A DNA stretch of 64,000 bases from Pelagibacteraceae bacterium (lineage in GTDB: Bacteria > Pseudomonadota > Alphaproteobacteria > Pelagibacterales > Pelagibacteraceae), in the NCBI GenBank assembly GCA_009693705.1, contig SHWS01000001.1, positions 4,067-68,066 on the forward strand, given 5' to 3'. Made by a program: the position numbers and the translations under genes. The notes under the pieces were generated by a model. That model was not told the DNA's origin. It saw nothing but the letters and a program-made list of their open reading frames with translations, and did no database searches. Of the stretch, positions 29,083-41,286 are shown in pieces; the stretch's first letter is position 1; each line of letters starts with the position of its first letter.

Positions 29083-30918
29083 TTAATCGTGAAAAAAGTT
29101 ATATATTTTTTTTGCAACTTTTTCCTCAATTCCTTCTACCGATTTAATTTCATCAAAGCTAGCAGACTCAACAGCTTTAGCGGATCCAAAATGGTTTAAC
29201 AATGCACGTTTTCTAATAGTCCCGATACCAATAATTTGATCAAGTAAAGATCTTCTAATTCCTTTGGCTCTTTTTGAACGATGTGAATTGATTGCAAATC
29301 TATGCGCTTCGTCTCTTAAACGCTGCAAAAAAAATAGCGCAGGATCATTTTTTTCAAATTTAAAAGTTTTTTCATTATGAAAAAAAGTTTCATTTCCACT
29401 GTTTCGATCCTTGCCCTTGGCAATCGCTATCATTGGTAAATTATTAAGCCCAAACTCTTGTAAAACTTCTTTAGCGGTAGAATATTGTCCTTTTCCCCCA
29501 TCTATCAAAATCAAATTAGGTAATGTTAAAAAATTTCCAGTTTCCGATATAGCTCTTTTAAATCGTCTTGTTAAAACTTCTTTAAGCATTGCAAAATCAT
29601 CTTGTTCAGCACCCTTGGTTTTTATATCAAATTTTCTATATCTTTTTTTAACAAACCCTTCTTCCCCAAATGTTACCATCGCACCAACGCTATTAGTTCC
29701 CTGAATATGACTATTATCGTAAATTTCAATTAAATTAATATTATTTTTAAGTTCAAATTTTTTAGCAACAATTTTAAATAAATTTTTATTATTGTTTGTT
29801 TCATATATTTTTCTATTCAGTGCTTCTTTTGCATTTTTTTCAGCTAAAGCAACAACTTTTGCTTTGGAACCTTTTTTAGCAATTGTAATAGTAATATTGA
29901 TATTTTCTTTTTGCGTTAAAGCATCCTCTATTAGTTTCTTATCTTTGATATCTATATTTATAATAATTGACTTAGGAACATTTTTATTTTCATAAAACTG
30001 CATTAAAAATGACGACATGACTTCTGAAACATTTTGTTCAGGATCATGTTTAGGAAAATAAGATTGGTTTCCCCAGTTTTGCTTTGCTCTATAAAAAAAA
30101 ACTTGTATGCACGTTTTTCCAGATTCTTTGTAAGCTGCAATCACATCTGCATCAATTAAGTTGGCTTCATTTATTCTTTGAGAGGATTGAATAATATTTA
30201 ATGATTTTATTCTGTCTCTAAAAATTGTTGCTTTTTCATAGTCAAGTTTTTCACTTGCTTCTTCCATTTGTTTAGAGAGATTTTTTTGTATTTCTCTAGA
30301 TTTGCCAGAGACAAATTGAATTGCATCATCAACAGATTTTTTATATTCATCTTTATCGATATAACCTACGCATGGAGCTGAACATCTTTTTATTTGGTAT
30401 AAGATACATGGCCTTTTTCTATTTTTAAAAGTCGATTCGTCACAAACCCTAATTTGAAAAATTTTTTGAAGCATTTTAATAGTCCAATTAGCTGAACCAC
30501 CAGATGCAAATGGTCCAAAATAAAAACCTTCTTTTTCTTTTTTTCCTCTGTGTTTAGTAACTTGGGGCCATTGATCTTGATTACTAATAAATATTGATGG
30601 AAAAGATTTATCGTCTTTAAGTAAAATATTAAATTTAGGTTTATGTTTTTTAATTAAATTTGCCTCAAGTAGCAAAGCCTCAGATTCATTGGTTGTTGTT
30701 GTAATTTCTAGCTTAAAAGTTTGAGAAAGCATTCTCTCGGTTCGGATGATGTGATTTTTTTCAGTTACGTAACTTTGTAATCTATTAGGTAAATTTTTTG
30801 CTTTTCCAACATAAAGAATATCTCCTTTATGATTTAGCATTTTGTAGACACCAGGACTTTTTGGAATTAATGAAAGCTCTTTTTTAATTACTTGCTTACC
30901 AAGTTCAGAACTTTTCAT
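29083..30918 (-). CDS. uvrC: Excinuclease ABC subunit C
   Basis: GIY-YIG (PGVYKM...YVGKAKNL), Cys cluster, [21 protein letters not shown], HhH. Start refined to 30918. Confidence 0.97.
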   Translation of the reverse strand: MKSSELGKQVIKKELSLIPKSPGVYKMLNHKGDILYVGKAKNLPNRLQSYVTEKNHIIRTERMLSQTFKLEITTTTNESEALLLEANLIKKHKPKFNILLKDDKSFPSIFISNQDQWPQVTKHRGKKEKEGFYFGPFASGGSANWTIKMLQKIFQIRVCDESTFKNRKRPCILYQIKRCSAPCVGYIDKDEYKKSVDDAIQFVSGKSREIQKNLSKQMEEASEKLDYEKATIFRDRIKSLNIIQSSQRINEANLIDADVIAAYKESGKTCIQVFFYRAKQNWGNQSYFPKHDPEQNVSEVMSSFLMQFYENKNVPKSIIINIDIKDKKLIEDALTQKENINITITIAKKGSKAKVVALAEKNAKEALNRKIYETNNNKNLFKIVAKKFELKNNINLIEIYDNSHIQGTNSVGAMVTFGEEGFVKKRYRKFDIKTKGAEQDDFAMLKEVLTRRFKRAISETGNFLTLPNLILIDGGKGQYSTAKEVLQEFGLNNLPMIAIAKGKDRNSGNETFFHNEKTFKFEKNDPALFFLQRLRDEAHRFAINSHRSKRAKGIRRSLLDQIIGIGTIRKRALLNHFGSAKAVESASFDEIKSVEGIEEKVAKKIYNFFHD

Positions 30919-31330
30919 GACTTCTTTTTTTGGTAATTTGAATACCAACAGAGGCACACTCTTTTAAAATTTCCAACTTTTCAATTTTTAATTTTATTTT
31001 TGCAATTCTTTGATCTTTAAAAAGCTCACTAAATATTGACTCTGCAAGTGTTTCCAAAAAATTATAATGTTTTATGTTAACAAGTTTTGTAATTAGTTTA
31101 ACTACAGTTCCATAGTTAACTATTGATTTAATATCCATATCGTCTGTAGGTTTTTTATTTTCATAATCAATTTCAAGACTAAATTTTACTCTTTGAGGTT
31201 TTTCTTTTTCATAATCATAATATCCAAGTTTTAATTTTAAAATTAATTCATTGATAAGAATTTTTTTCTCATAGTTAAACAAACTTTTATTTTGACTTAT
31301 TTTAACAATTTTAAGATTATTTTTTTTCAT
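30905..31330 (-). CDS. folB: Dihydroneopterin aldolase
   Basis: G....EK.KPQRV, VNY, LETLAE and the catalytic-Lys region IEKL; ATGA overlap with the upstream SDR. Confidence 0.8.
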   Translation of the reverse strand: MKKNNLKIVKISQNKSLFNYEKKILINELILKLKLGYYDYEKEKPQRVKFSLEIDYENKKPTDDMDIKSIVNYGTVVKLITKLVNIKHYNFLETLAESIFSELFKDQRIAKIKLKIEKLEILKECASVGIQITKKRSHEKF

Positions 31331-32082
31331 TCTTTTCCATTCATTATATCTGGTGTTTGCCAATTTAAATTTTGACCACTATCAATAGCTAAAACTTGTC
31401 CTGTAATAGACTTATTTTTTATAAAAAAATCAACTGCATTGCATATTTCTTCAACATCAACTTGTTTTTTTAAAGGTGTTGCTAAATATTGTTTTCTAAA
31501 GTGTCTATTGCTTTGTCTTTTGTTTTTTATTGTAGGTCCTGGCGCTATTCCATTTACTCTAACATTGGGTGCAAGACTCATAGCGCTTGTTTTAGTTAAA
31601 GTATATAGCCCAGTTTTACTAATGGTATATGAAAAGAAAAAAGGAGTTAATTTAAAAACTCTTTGGTCAATAATATTAATGATATTATTATTTTTTCCTC
31701 TGAGATTTTTAGCAAATTCTTTAGTTAATAAAGCAGGCGCTCTCAAGTTTATTGTTAGATGTTTCCTCCAACTATCTGTTGTAAAATCCTCAAGATTATC
31801 ATTTTCAAATAATGATGCATTATTTATTAAACAATTAAAATATTTTAACTTTAATTTAGCAAATTTTACTATTTTGTTTATTTCAGTTTCTTTACTTAAA
31901 TCACCTTTGACCAGATAAATTTTTGTACCATTTTTTTCTAATTCTTTTTTTAATTTTTGAGCTTTTAATTCTGATTTATTGTAATGAATTAAAATTTCTT
32001 TATTAGGACCAGATAATTTTTTTGCAATAGCTGCACCAATTCTGGTTGCCCCTCCAGTGATAATTATTTTATTTGCTTCCAC
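31327..32082 (-). CDS. Short-chain dehydrogenase, pteridine reductase/FolM-like
   Basis: [20 protein letters not shown], YxxxK (YTISK), RVNGIAPGP. Confidence 0.82.
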   Translation of the reverse strand: MEANKIIITGGATRIGAAIAKKLSGPNKEILIHYNKSELKAQKLKKELEKNGTKIYLVKGDLSKETEINKIVKFAKLKLKYFNCLINNASLFENDNLEDFTTDSWRKHLTINLRAPALLTKEFAKNLRGKNNNIINIIDQRVFKLTPFFFSYTISKTGLYTLTKTSAMSLAPNVRVNGIAPGPTIKNKRQSNRHFRKQYLATPLKKQVDVEEICNAVDFFIKNKSITGQVLAIDSGQNLNWQTPDIMNGKE

Positions 32083-34235
32083 TTTTTTTTACCTTTTTGC
32101 GCACGTGTTCCTGGCAATCCCATTGTGGATCTGCCTTTAGGATAGACTTTATTTGTTAGATTATATTGTGTTATTTTTGGGTTTAATACAATTTCTAAAT
32201 CAGTAGCTTCTAATTTTCTTATTTCATCTCTGATTTTTGAGGCTTGCTCAAACTCAAGGTTCGTTGCTGCTTCTTTCATTTTTTTATTAAGTACTTTTAA
32301 ATGTTTTTTTAAATTACCGCCTATGTTGGCATCGGTACCAACTTTTACATAGTCTTTTTCATAAACACTTTGTAGTACGTCGTTGATTTCTTTTTTAATT
32401 GTCGTAGCATTTATGTTGTGTTTTTTATTATAAGCTAACTGTACAGCTCTTCTTCTGTCAGTTTCTTTGATTGCATTTTTGATACTGTTAGTTTCTTTAT
32501 CTGCGTAAAGAATCACTTTTCCGTCAATATTTCTTGCAGCTCTTCCAATTGTTTGAATAAGTGATGTTTCTGATCTTAAAAATCCCTCTTTATCTGCGTC
32601 TAAAATTGCAACTAATGCACATTCAGGAATATCCAATCCCTCTCTCAGTAGATTAATACCAACCAATACATCAAACACTCCTAATCTTAGATCTCTCATG
32701 ATTTCAATTCTTTCTAAAGTATCAATGTCAGAGTGAAGATACCTAACTTTTATGCCATTTTCGTGCAAATACTCGGTTAAATCTTCGGCCATTCTCTTCG
32801 TGAGTGTTGTTGCTAAAACTCTATAATTTTTTTCAACTGTTTTAATACATTCGTACATTAAATCATCTACTTGATTCTTAGCAGATCTTATTTCCACAGG
32901 AGGATCAATTAATCCAGTTGGTCTAATAACCTGCTCTACAAATTTATTTTCAACTAATTTTAATTCCCAAGGTCCTGGAGTTGCAGAGACAAAAATAGTT
33001 TGGGTTCGCATTGCATCCCATTCTTCAAATTTTAAAGGTCTATTGTCCATACAAGAGGGTAATCTAAATCCATATTCAGCTAATGTGCTTTTTCTTGATC
33101 GATCTCCTTTATACATTCCATTTAATTGTGGAACAGTAACGTGACATTCATCAACAAAAATTAAAGTATTATCTGGAAAATATTCAAATAGAGTAGGTGG
33201 TGGTTCTCCAGTTTTTCTTCCTGATAAAAATCTAGAATAGTTTTCAATTCCCGCGCATGAACCAGTTGCTTCGATCATTTCTAGATCAAATTTTGTTCTT
33301 TCTTCTAACCTTTGAGCCTCAAGTAATTTATTTTCTGATCGATGTTTTTTTAAGGTTATTTCTAATTCTCTTTTAATTTGAATAATCGCTTGTTCCAAAG
33401 TTGGTTTGGGAGTTATGTAATGGCTATTGGCATATATCTTAATAACTTCTAATTCTTTGACAAGGTCGCCTGTTAGTGGATCGAATTCCTCAATTTTTTC
33501 TAATTTATCTGAAAATAAACTCAATCTCCAAGCTCTATCTTCTAAGTGAGAGGGGAACACTTCAAGATATTCACCTCTTGCTCTAAAAGTTCCTCTATAA
33601 AAATTTTGATCATTTCTTTTGTACTGAAGAGCTACTAAAGATTTTATTAATTGTTCTCTATTATAGTCATAATTTCTTTTAAGACTTAAGGTCATTTTGC
33701 TATAAGATTCAACAGAGCCTAGTCCATAAATACATGACACACTGGCAACTATGATTACATCATCTCTCTCTAAAAGAGATCTGGTAGCCGAATGTCTCAT
33801 TCTATCAATTTGCTCATTAATCGAAGCTTCTTTTTCAATGTACGTATCTGATCTTGGAACATAAGCTTCAGGAGTATAATAATCATAATACGAAACAAAA
33901 TATTCTACTGCGTTGTCAGGAAAAAATGATTTCATTTCACCATAAAGCTGTGCTGCTAAAGTTTTATTTGGAGCTAGAATTAAAGCAGGTCTATTGGTTT
34001 CTTGAATAATTTTTGCCATCGTAAAAGTTTTCCCAGATCCTGTGACGCCAAGTAAAACTTGGCTTAATTTGTTTTGATTGGCTCCTTCAACTAGTTGCTT
34101 AATAGCCGCAGGTTGATCTCCCGCTGGTTTAAAATCTGATGAAAACTTAAATTTCTTTCCACCTTCTAATTTATGGTGAATTTGAGGATTTTTACTTTGA
34201 ACTTCAGTAATTAAATCTTGATAAGTATTCTGCAT
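32064..34235 (-). CDS. uvrB: Excinuclease ABC subunit B
   Basis: LGVTGSGKT, beta-hairpin [34 protein letters not shown]-terminal UVR domain. Confidence 0.98.
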   Translation of the reverse strand: MQNTYQDLITEVQSKNPQIHHKLEGGKKFKFSSDFKPAGDQPAAIKQLVEGANQNKLSQVLLGVTGSGKTFTMAKIIQETNRPALILAPNKTLAAQLYGEMKSFFPDNAVEYFVSYYDYYTPEAYVPRSDTYIEKEASINEQIDRMRHSATRSLLERDDVIIVASVSCIYGLGSVESYSKMTLSLKRNYDYNREQLIKSLVALQYKRNDQNFYRGTFRARGEYLEVFPSHLEDRAWRLSLFSDKLEKIEEFDPLTGDLVKELEVIKIYANSHYITPKPTLEQAIIQIKRELEITLKKHRSENKLLEAQRLEERTKFDLEMIEATGSCAGIENYSRFLSGRKTGEPPPTLFEYFPDNTLIFVDECHVTVPQLNGMYKGDRSRKSTLAEYGFRLPSCMDNRPLKFEEWDAMRTQTIFVSATPGPWELKLVENKFVEQVIRPTGLIDPPVEIRSAKNQVDDLMYECIKTVEKNYRVLATTLTKRMAEDLTEYLHENGIKVRYLHSDIDTLERIEIMRDLRLGVFDVLVGINLLREGLDIPECALVAILDADKEGFLRSETSLIQTIGRAARNIDGKVILYADKETNSIKNAIKETDRRRAVQLAYNKKHNINATTIKKEINDVLQSVYEKDYVKVGTDANIGGNLKKHLKVLNKKMKEAATNLEFEQASKIRDEIRKLEATDLEIVLNPKITQYNLTNKVYPKGRSTMGLPGTRAQKGKKKWKQIK

Positions 34236-34270
34236 TAAATATAAAACTAGTTGAATAAATTAATATTTCA

Positions 34271-35470
34271 ATGAGCATTATATCTAAAAACCTAAATAAA
34301 ATTAAACCATCTCCAACTATCGCAGTTAGCCAAAAATCTAGAGAATTAAAAGCTGCTGGTAAGGATGTAATAGGATTAGGAGCTGGAGAGCCAGATTTTG
34401 ATACTCCAGATAATATTAAAGCGGCAGCAATTAAAGCAATTAAAGATGGAGATACAAAATACACAGCTGTAGATGGCACTCCAGTTTTAAAAAAAGCAAT
34501 TAAAGATAAATTTAAAAGAGAAAATAATTTAGATTATGAATTAGAGGAGATCACTGTAGGCGCTGGAGGTAAACACGTGATTTATAATGCAATGATGGCA
34601 ACTTTAAATGAAGGTGACGAAGTAATTATACCAGCACCTTATTGGGTTTCATATCCTGATATAGTTTTGTTGGCTGGAGGAACTCCAATTATTTTAGAGT
34701 GTGATGAAAAACAAGATTTTAAGTTACGTCCTCAAGAATTAGAAAAAGCGATTACTTCAAAAACTAAATGGATTATTTTAAATTCACCATCTAACCCAAC
34801 AGGCGTATGTTTTTCTGAAAATGATATTAGAGAAATTGCTAAAGTGTTAATTAAACATAAGCATGTTTATATTTTAAGTGACGATATTTATGAGCATGTA
34901 ATTTATGAAGGTTTTAAGTTTTTTACAATCGCTCAAATAGATCAGCTCAAAGATAGAGTATTAACGATGAATGGTGTAAGCAAAACTTATTCAATGACTG
35001 GCTGGAGAATTGGATATGCAGCAGGCCCAAAAGAAATTGTTAAAGCGATAGCAAAAATTCAATCTCAGTCTACAACTAATCCATCATCAATTAGTCAAGC
35101 TGCAGCAGTAGAAGCGTTAAACGGTAATCAAGATTTTATTAAAGTGCGTAATAAATCATTTCAAGAAAGAAGAGATTTTGTTGTTAAAGAATTAAATGCT
35201 ATTGATGGAATTGAGTGTTTAAATCCCCAGGGTGCTTTTTACGTTTTTCCAAGCTGCAAAAACTTAATTGGAAAAAAAGATAGCAATGGAATTCAATTGA
35301 AAAATGATACTGATTTTGTTCAGTCATTGTTAGAGCACACGGGTGTTGCAGTTGTTCAGGGTTCAGCATTTGGTTTAGAGGGTTTTTTTAGAATTTCTTA
35401 TGCCACTTCAATGGAAAATCTTAAAATAGCTTTAAAAAAAATATCCAATTTTTGCAAAAGTTTGAATTAA
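34271..35470 (+). CDS. aspC: Aspartate aminotransferase (class I PLP enzyme)
   Basis: GEPDFDTP, NSPSNPTG, SDDIYE, SKTYSMTGWRIG. Confidence 0.9.
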   Translation: MSIISKNLNKIKPSPTIAVSQKSRELKAAGKDVIGLGAGEPDFDTPDNIKAAAIKAIKDGDTKYTAVDGTPVLKKAIKDKFKRENNLDYELEEITVGAGGKHVIYNAMMATLNEGDEVIIPAPYWVSYPDIVLLAGGTPIILECDEKQDFKLRPQELEKAITSKTKWIILNSPSNPTGVCFSENDIREIAKVLIKHKHVYILSDDIYEHVIYEGFKFFTIAQIDQLKDRVLTMNGVSKTYSMTGWRIGYAAGPKEIVKAIAKIQSQSTTNPSSISQAAAVEALNGNQDFIKVRNKSFQERRDFVVKELNAIDGIECLNPQGAFYVFPSCKNLIGKKDSNGIQLKNDTDFVQSLLEHTGVAVVQGSAFGLEGFFRISYATSMENLKIALKKISNFCKSLN

Positions 35471-35487
35471 AAAATTTAAATAAAGCT

Positions 35488-36432
35488 CTAATGAGATAAA
35501 AATTTCTCAGCTTCAAGTGCCGCCATACATCCCATCCCAGCCGCAGTGACAGCTTGTCTGAATATTTTATCTTTAACATCACCTGCAGCATAAACACCTG
35601 GAATATTAGTTTCTGTTGAATCTGGTTTTGTAATTAAGTATCCTTCTTTATCCATATCTAATTGATTTTTAAAAAGTGCAGTTGCAGGATCGTGGCCAAT
35701 TGCAACAAAGAGACCATCAACTTTAATTTCGTCAATTTTATTAGTTTTAAGATTTTTAATTTTAATGCTTTTAACGTTTTTTGGTTCTTTTTCGCCGATC
35801 ACATCTTCAACTACTGTGTTCCAAATTATTTCAATTTTTTTATTTTCCATTAATTTTTTTTGAAGAAGTTTTTCAGCTCTTAATTTATCTCGTCTATGGA
35901 TTAATTTTACTTTTGAAGCAAACTTTGTAAGAAATATAGCTTCTTCAACCGCTGCGTTACCCCCTCCAACAACAGCAACTTCTTTTTCTTTAAAGAAAAA
36001 ACCATCACAAGTAGCGCAAGCGGATACGCCAAATCCTCTGAATTCTTGTTCAGATTTTAAATTTAACCACCTGGCTTGAGCACCCGTTGATATAATAATG
36101 CTATCAGCAGTATATTTTTGACCCCTGTCTCCAGTTGCCTCAAATGGACGTGATTTTAAATTTACAGAAGTAATATGATCTTCGATTAATTCAGTGCCAA
36201 CTGCTTTTGCTTGATCTCTCATTTGATCCATTAACCATGGACCCTGAATAACCTCAGAGTAACCAGGGTAATTTTCAACATCAGTTGTGGTTGTTAATTG
36301 TCCACCTGGTTGAATACCATAAACTAAAATTGGATTAAGCATCGCTCGAGCCGCATAAACTGCCGCAGTATAACCCGCAGGACCTGATCCAATTATTAAC
36401 ACTTTTGTGTGTTTAGTTGGATTTTGAATCAT
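35488..36432 (-). CDS. trxB: Thioredoxin reductase
   Basis: GSGPAG, CATCDG, GGGNAA, HRRD, AAGDV. Confidence 0.98.
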   Translation of the reverse strand: MIQNPTKHTKVLIIGSGPAGYTAAVYAARAMLNPILVYGIQPGGQLTTTTDVENYPGYSEVIQGPWLMDQMRDQAKAVGTELIEDHITSVNLKSRPFEATGDRGQKYTADSIIISTGAQARWLNLKSEQEFRGFGVSACATCDGFFFKEKEVAVVGGGNAAVEEAIFLTKFASKVKLIHRRDKLRAEKLLQKKLMENKKIEIIWNTVVEDVIGEKEPKNVKSIKIKNLKTNKIDEIKVDGLFVAIGHDPATALFKNQLDMDKEGYLITKPDSTETNIPGVYAAGDVKDKIFRQAVTAAGMGCMAALEAEKFLSH

Positions 36433-36453
36433 ACAAAAGTTATATAAGGATAA

Positions 36454-37398
36454 ATGGCAAAATTAAAAGGGTTATTATTAACAGAGGGAATGCACGGCAT
36501 GATAAGTCAAGTAGAAGGTTTAGCCAAAGCATTAGATTTAGATTTTATACACCAAAAGATTGAACTTAATAATTTGTGGAAATTGATACCACCAAAATTT
36601 ACTCCAGTTTCAGTGAAAGTTTATAAAACTTTCAAAATTCCAGAATTTGATATGATTATTTCTTGTGGTAGAAAAAGTGTAATACCTTCAATTTATTTAA
36701 AAAAAAACTCAACTAAAAGAGTTTTTAATATTCATATACAGGATCCAAAGGTTAATTTGAAAAATTTTGACTTTGTTGTTGCTCCAGAACATGATGAGAT
36801 ATCAGGCGATAATGTCCTCAATACTAAGGGAGCGATTCATTACTTAACTGAACATGAAATTAATAAAAAAAAAGATTATTTAAAATCTTTTATTAAAAAC
36901 GATCAGAGAAAAATATTAACATTAATCATGGGTGGACCAACAAAATATTATGATTATTCAATTAAAAATTTTAAACAAATCTTTTCGACTTTATCTAATT
37001 TATTAAATCAAGAAAATCTCCAACTTGTGATCATACCCTCAATGAGAACACCACAAAATATGATTTATTATGCAAAAGATTTTTTTGGCAATAGTCACAC
37101 GATAATTAAAAATGTAGATAAAAATGCTTATTTATCAGCTTTAGCTATCTCTGATTATATTGTGGTTACCTGCGATTCTAGTTCAATGATTTCAGAAGCG
37201 GCTATAACCGGTAAACCTATTTATATTGCCAATATTTTACCTAAAAAAAAAGATCAAAGATTTCAAAAATTTAGAAATTTGTTTAGAGAATTAAATATAA
37301 CTAGAAATTTAGGTGAACCAATAGAAATTTGGAACTATGAAAAATTTGATGAAACAAATAGAGTTGCAAATATAATCAAACAAAAAATTAATTTTTAA
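36454..37398 (+). CDS. ELM1/GT-like family protein (function unknown)
   Basis: G..SQ..GLA, ISCGR, IHIQDP, FD.V..PEHD, GA.H, GG, S.RTP, VT.DS.SMISEA...GKP: the pattern I recognise for bacterial ELM1-family proteins. Confidence 0.75.
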   Translation: MAKLKGLLLTEGMHGMISQVEGLAKALDLDFIHQKIELNNLWKLIPPKFTPVSVKVYKTFKIPEFDMIISCGRKSVIPSIYLKKNSTKRVFNIHIQDPKVNLKNFDFVVAPEHDEISGDNVLNTKGAIHYLTEHEINKKKDYLKSFIKNDQRKILTLIMGGPTKYYDYSIKNFKQIFSTLSNLLNQENLQLVIIPSMRTPQNMIYYAKDFFGNSHTIIKNVDKNAYLSALAISDYIVVTCDSSSMISEAAITGKPIYIANILPKKKDQRFQKFRNLFRELNITRNLGEPIEIWNYEKFDETNRVANIIKQKINF

Positions 37399-38060
37399 TG
37401 TCATTTTTAAACTCTATAGAGAATAAATCTAAAAAATTCAGTTATCCCTTTTTGCACTGGGAATTAAATGAACCCTTAACCGCAGCACAAATTGATGAAA
37501 TAAATAATGCAGATATCGACGATCCATTAAAATATAATCTAAATTATGATGGAACACGAGCAATAGATGGGGGTGCTCCAGAATATAGAGAGGGAATCGC
37601 AAACGGTGGCAAGGCATTAAAGTTTAGATGTTTTATAACCAATCAAAATTCAAAAGAATTTCCAAATTTAACAAAATTTATTAATGAGCTTCAAGAAAAG
37701 AAAACTTATGAAAAAATTTCAAGCTTAATTGAAAAAGATTTATCCAAAGCCTTTGTTAGAGTTGAAGTAATTTGTGATCGGAAAGGTTTCTGGTTAAAAC
37801 CACATTGTGATATTAAAGAAAAGCTTATGTCATGTTTGTTATTTTCCAATAAATTTAATGAAAGCGAACTATTGGGTACCGATTTTTACAGCGCTGATTT
37901 AAATAAGGCAAAAACACTCCCTTATCGAAATAATTATGGGTATTTTTTTACTAGCGGTCCAAATACTTGGCATGGAATGGAAAAGAAAGAAATTGTTAAG
38001 GAAAGAAGGTGTCTTCAAGTTAATTATGTCTCTTTTAAAACTGACTGGAAAGTAAAATAA
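37398..38060 (+). CDS. 2-oxoglutarate/Fe(II)-dependent oxygenase-like protein
   Basis: HxD (PHCD), GTD, distal His (TWHG) and Arg in RRCLQVNYV. Confidence 0.75.
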   Translation: MSFLNSIENKSKKFSYPFLHWELNEPLTAAQIDEINNADIDDPLKYNLNYDGTRAIDGGAPEYREGIANGGKALKFRCFITNQNSKEFPNLTKFINELQEKKTYEKISSLIEKDLSKAFVRVEVICDRKGFWLKPHCDIKEKLMSCLLFSNKFNESELLGTDFYSADLNKAKTLPYRNNYGYFFTSGPNTWHGMEKKEIVKERRCLQVNYVSFKTDWKVK

Positions 38061-38061
38061 T

Positions 38062-41000
38062 CTAAATATCTTGAAGAGCAGTTATTTCTAATTTTTTTGT
38101 TTTAAGAGATTTAATCGCTTCTAAACAAGCTTGAGCAGTTGACATATTCGTACAATAAGGAACTTTATTTTTAAGAGTTGCTCTTCTTAGTGCCATCGCA
38201 TCATTAAGTCGATATTCGGTATTTCCACCACCTGTGTTAATCACTAGTGCAATTTTTTTGGAATCCAGAACATCAACAATATGTGGTGAGCCGCTACTTA
38301 CTTTGTTAATAATTCTACATTTCATTCCATGTTTTTTTATATATTCTGCAGTGCCTTTAGTTGCACAAAGAGTAAAATTTAATTTTAATAATTGTTTAGC
38401 TAAATCTATGCCTTCATCTTTATGTGAATCTTTTAAAGAAATAAACGCAAGTCCATTTTTAGGTAAGGAGTTTTGAGCAGCAATTTGACTTTTAGCAAAC
38501 GCCATTCCAAAATCTTTATCAAAACCCATGACTTCCCCCGTTGATTTCATTTCTGGTCCTAAAAGTAAATCGCTATTTGGAAACTTGTTAAAAGGAAATA
38601 CAGCTTCTTTAACTGCGTACATATTGTTTGACTTATTTTTTAAATTAAATCTAGATAATTTTTCGCCAGCCATTATTCTTGAGGCAATTTTAGCAAGAGG
38701 CAAACCTTTTGCTTTTGAGACAAATGGTACCGTTCTACTTGCTCTTGGATTTACTTCAATGACATAGATTTCATCTTTTTTTATTGCAAATTGAATGTTC
38801 ATGAAACCCTTAACTTTTAAAGCTAAAGCTAGTTTTTTAGTTTGATTTTCAATTTCTTTTATTAAAAAAGGTTTAATTGATATAGGAGGTAAACTACAAG
38901 CCGAGTCACCAGAATGTATGCCAGCTTCTTCAATGTGTTGCATAATTCCTGCTACAAAAACTTGTTTACCATCTGATATAGCATCCACATCTACTTCCAT
39001 TGCATGGTCAATGAATTTATCAATTAATATTGGGTTGTCTTCAGCTGCTTTAAATGCTTCTTGTACAAAATTTTTAAGCTGATTTTTTTCATAGACTATT
39101 TCCATAGCTCTGCCACCTAAAACATATGAAGGTCTGACCATGAGAGGCAAACCAATTTTCTCAGCAATTTGAATTGCTTGAGTATATGATTTGGCTATAC
39201 CACCTTCGGCTTGTTTTAATTTTAATTTATTAATAAATTTCCTAAATAGATCTCTATCTTCTGCCAAATCTATAGATGAATATTGAGTCCCTAATATTGG
39301 CAGTTTGTTGTCATATAAAAATTTTGCAAGCTTGATTGGTGTTTGACCACCAAACTGGGCAATTATACCTATTAAATTTCCTTTTTCTTGTTCCTTTTTA
39401 ATAATATTAAAAACATATTCTTCTTTTAAAGGCTCGAAGTATAATCGATCGCTTGTATCATAATCTGTTGAAACTGTTTCGGGGTTACAATTAATCATAA
39501 TCGTTTCAAAACCAGCGTCTCGGAGAGCAAAACTTGCCTGACAACAACAGTAATCAAATTCTATTCCTTGACCTATTCGGTTAGGTCCACCCCCTAAAAT
39601 AATAATTTTTTTTTTATTCGAGGGGTTTGCTTCACACTCTGAATTTGTAGAAAAACTTCTTTGATATGTTGAATACATATAAGGAGTAAAAGATTTAAAC
39701 TCAGCTGCACAGGTATCTATTTTTTTATAAACTGGAAGTATTTTTAAAGCAGTTCTTTTTTTTCTAACTAAATCTTCTGATGTTTTTGTTAACTCAGCTA
39801 ATTTTTTATCTGAAAAACCAATAGATTTTATTCTATTAAACTCATTATAATCTTTTGGCAGACCTTTGTTTTTTATCCCGTTTTCATTATCCACTATTTC
39901 TTTTATTTGCTCTAAAAACCAAGGGTCAATTTTGCATAAACTATAAATTTTTTTAATATTTATTTTTTTTCTAAATGCCTCTGCAACGAGTAGGATTTTA
40001 TTAGGGATATTTTCTTTAAGTTTTTTTTCTATTTCCTTTTTTTTTAAATTAAAAATTCTATCTAATCCTGAAAATCCAGTTTCAAGAGACACCAATGCTT
40101 TTTGAAGCGATTCTTTGAAATTTCTTCCAATGGCCATAGCTTCACCAACAGATTTCATCGATGTTCCTAGAATGGCAGGTGATGTCGGAAATTTTTCAAA
40201 AGTAAATCTAGGAATTTTTGTAACCACATAATCAATGCTTGGTTCAAATGAAGCGGGGGTTATCTTGGTTATTTCATTCTTTAATTCATCCAAAGTGTAT
40301 CCTACCGCTAGTTTTGCTGCTACCTTGGCAATTGGAAAACCGGTAGCTTTTGAAGCAAGAGCTGAGGATCTTGAAACTCTTGGGTTCATTTCAATTATTA
40401 CCATTCGACCATTCTTTGGATTGATTGCGAATTGAACGTTAGATCCTCCGGTCTCAACTCCAATTTTTCTAAGACAAGCAATTGAGGCATTTCTCATTAC
40501 TTGGTATTCTTTATCGGTCAATGTTAAAGCTGGCGCAACCGTAACGGAGTCACCAGTATGAATTCCCATTGGATCGACATTTTCAATTGAGCAGATAATA
40601 ATACAGTTGTCTTTTTTGTCTCTAATAACTTCCATTTCAAATTCTTTCCACCCCTCCAAACTCTCTTCAACTAAAACTTGATTGACCGGAGACTCGCTCA
40701 GACCTTGTTCGATAATTTTTAAATATTCTTTTTTATTTTTAGCAATTCCTCCACCAAGACCACCCAATGTATAAGCAGGTCTTATAATTGCAGGCAGTCC
40801 AATTTGTTTCAAAACACTAGCTGCCTGTTTAATGTTATTGACGATTTTTGATTTAGGTAAATCTAAACCTATTTCAATCATATTTTTTCGAAATTTTTTT
40901 CTATCTTCAGCATTTGCAATTGCTTTAGAGTTTGCGCCAATAAGTTCTATTTTATTTTTTTTTAAAATTCCTTTTCTATCAGCTTCCATTGCTAAGTTAA

Positions 41001-41286
41001 GAGCAGTTTGACCTCCCATAGTCGGAAGAATTGCATCTGGTTTTTCTTTTTTTATTATTTTTTCTAAAACTTCTATAGTAATGGGTTCAATATAAGTTTT
41101 GTTTGCAATCTCAGGATCGGTCATAATAGTTGCTGGATTTGAGTTCATTAAAATAACTTTATAACCCTCAGCTCTTAAAGCTTTGCAAGCTTGCGTTCCA
41201 GAGTAATCAAATTCACATGCTTGTCCAATAATAATAGGACCAGCACCAATTACTAAAATTTTCTTAAGGTCAGTTCTTTTTGGCAT
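38062..41286 (-). CDS. carB: Carbamoyl-phosphate synthase large subunit
   Basis: [16 protein letters not shown], two ATP-grasp domains ([18 protein letters not shown]), MGS domain. Confidence 0.99.
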   Translation of the reverse strand: MPKRTDLKKILVIGAGPIIIGQACEFDYSGTQACKALRAEGYKVILMNSNPATIMTDPEIANKTYIEPITIEVLEKIIKKEKPDAILPTMGGQTALNLAMEADRKGILKKNKIELIGANSKAIANAEDRKKFRKNMIEIGLDLPKSKIVNNIKQAASVLKQIGLPAIIRPAYTLGGLGGGIAKNKKEYLKIIEQGLSESPVNQVLVEESLEGWKEFEMEVIRDKKDNCIIICSIENVDPMGIHTGDSVTVAPALTLTDKEYQVMRNASIACLRKIGVETGGSNVQFAINPKNGRMVIIEMNPRVSRSSALASKATGFPIAKVAAKLAVGYTLDELKNEITKITPASFEPSIDYVVTKIPRFTFEKFPTSPAILGTSMKSVGEAMAIGRNFKESLQKALVSLETGFSGLDRIFNLKKKEIEKKLKENIPNKILLVAEAFRKKINIKKIYSLCKIDPWFLEQIKEIVDNENGIKNKGLPKDYNEFNRIKSIGFSDKKLAELTKTSEDLVRKKRTALKILPVYKKIDTCAAEFKSFTPYMYSTYQRSFSTNSECEANPSNKKKIIILGGGPNRIGQGIEFDYCCCQASFALRDAGFETIMINCNPETVSTDYDTSDRLYFEPLKEEYVFNIIKKEQEKGNLIGIIAQFGGQTPIKLAKFLYDNKLPILGTQYSSIDLAEDRDLFRKFINKLKLKQAEGGIAKSYTQAIQIAEKIGLPLMVRPSYVLGGRAMEIVYEKNQLKNFVQEAFKAAEDNPILIDKFIDHAMEVDVDAISDGKQVFVAGIMQHIEEAGIHSGDSACSLPPISIKPFLIKEIENQTKKLALALKVKGFMNIQFAIKKDEIYVIEVNPRASRTVPFVSKAKGLPLAKIASRIMAGEKLSRFNLKNKSNNMYAVKEAVFPFNKFPNSDLLLGPEMKSTGEVMGFDKDFGMAFAKSQIAAQNSLPKNGLAFISLKDSHKDEGIDLAKQLLKLNFTLCATKGTAEYIKKHGMKCRIINKVSSGSPHIVDVLDSKKIALVINTGGGNTEYRLNDAMALRRATLKNKVPYCTNMSTAQACLEAIKSLKTKKLEITALQDI

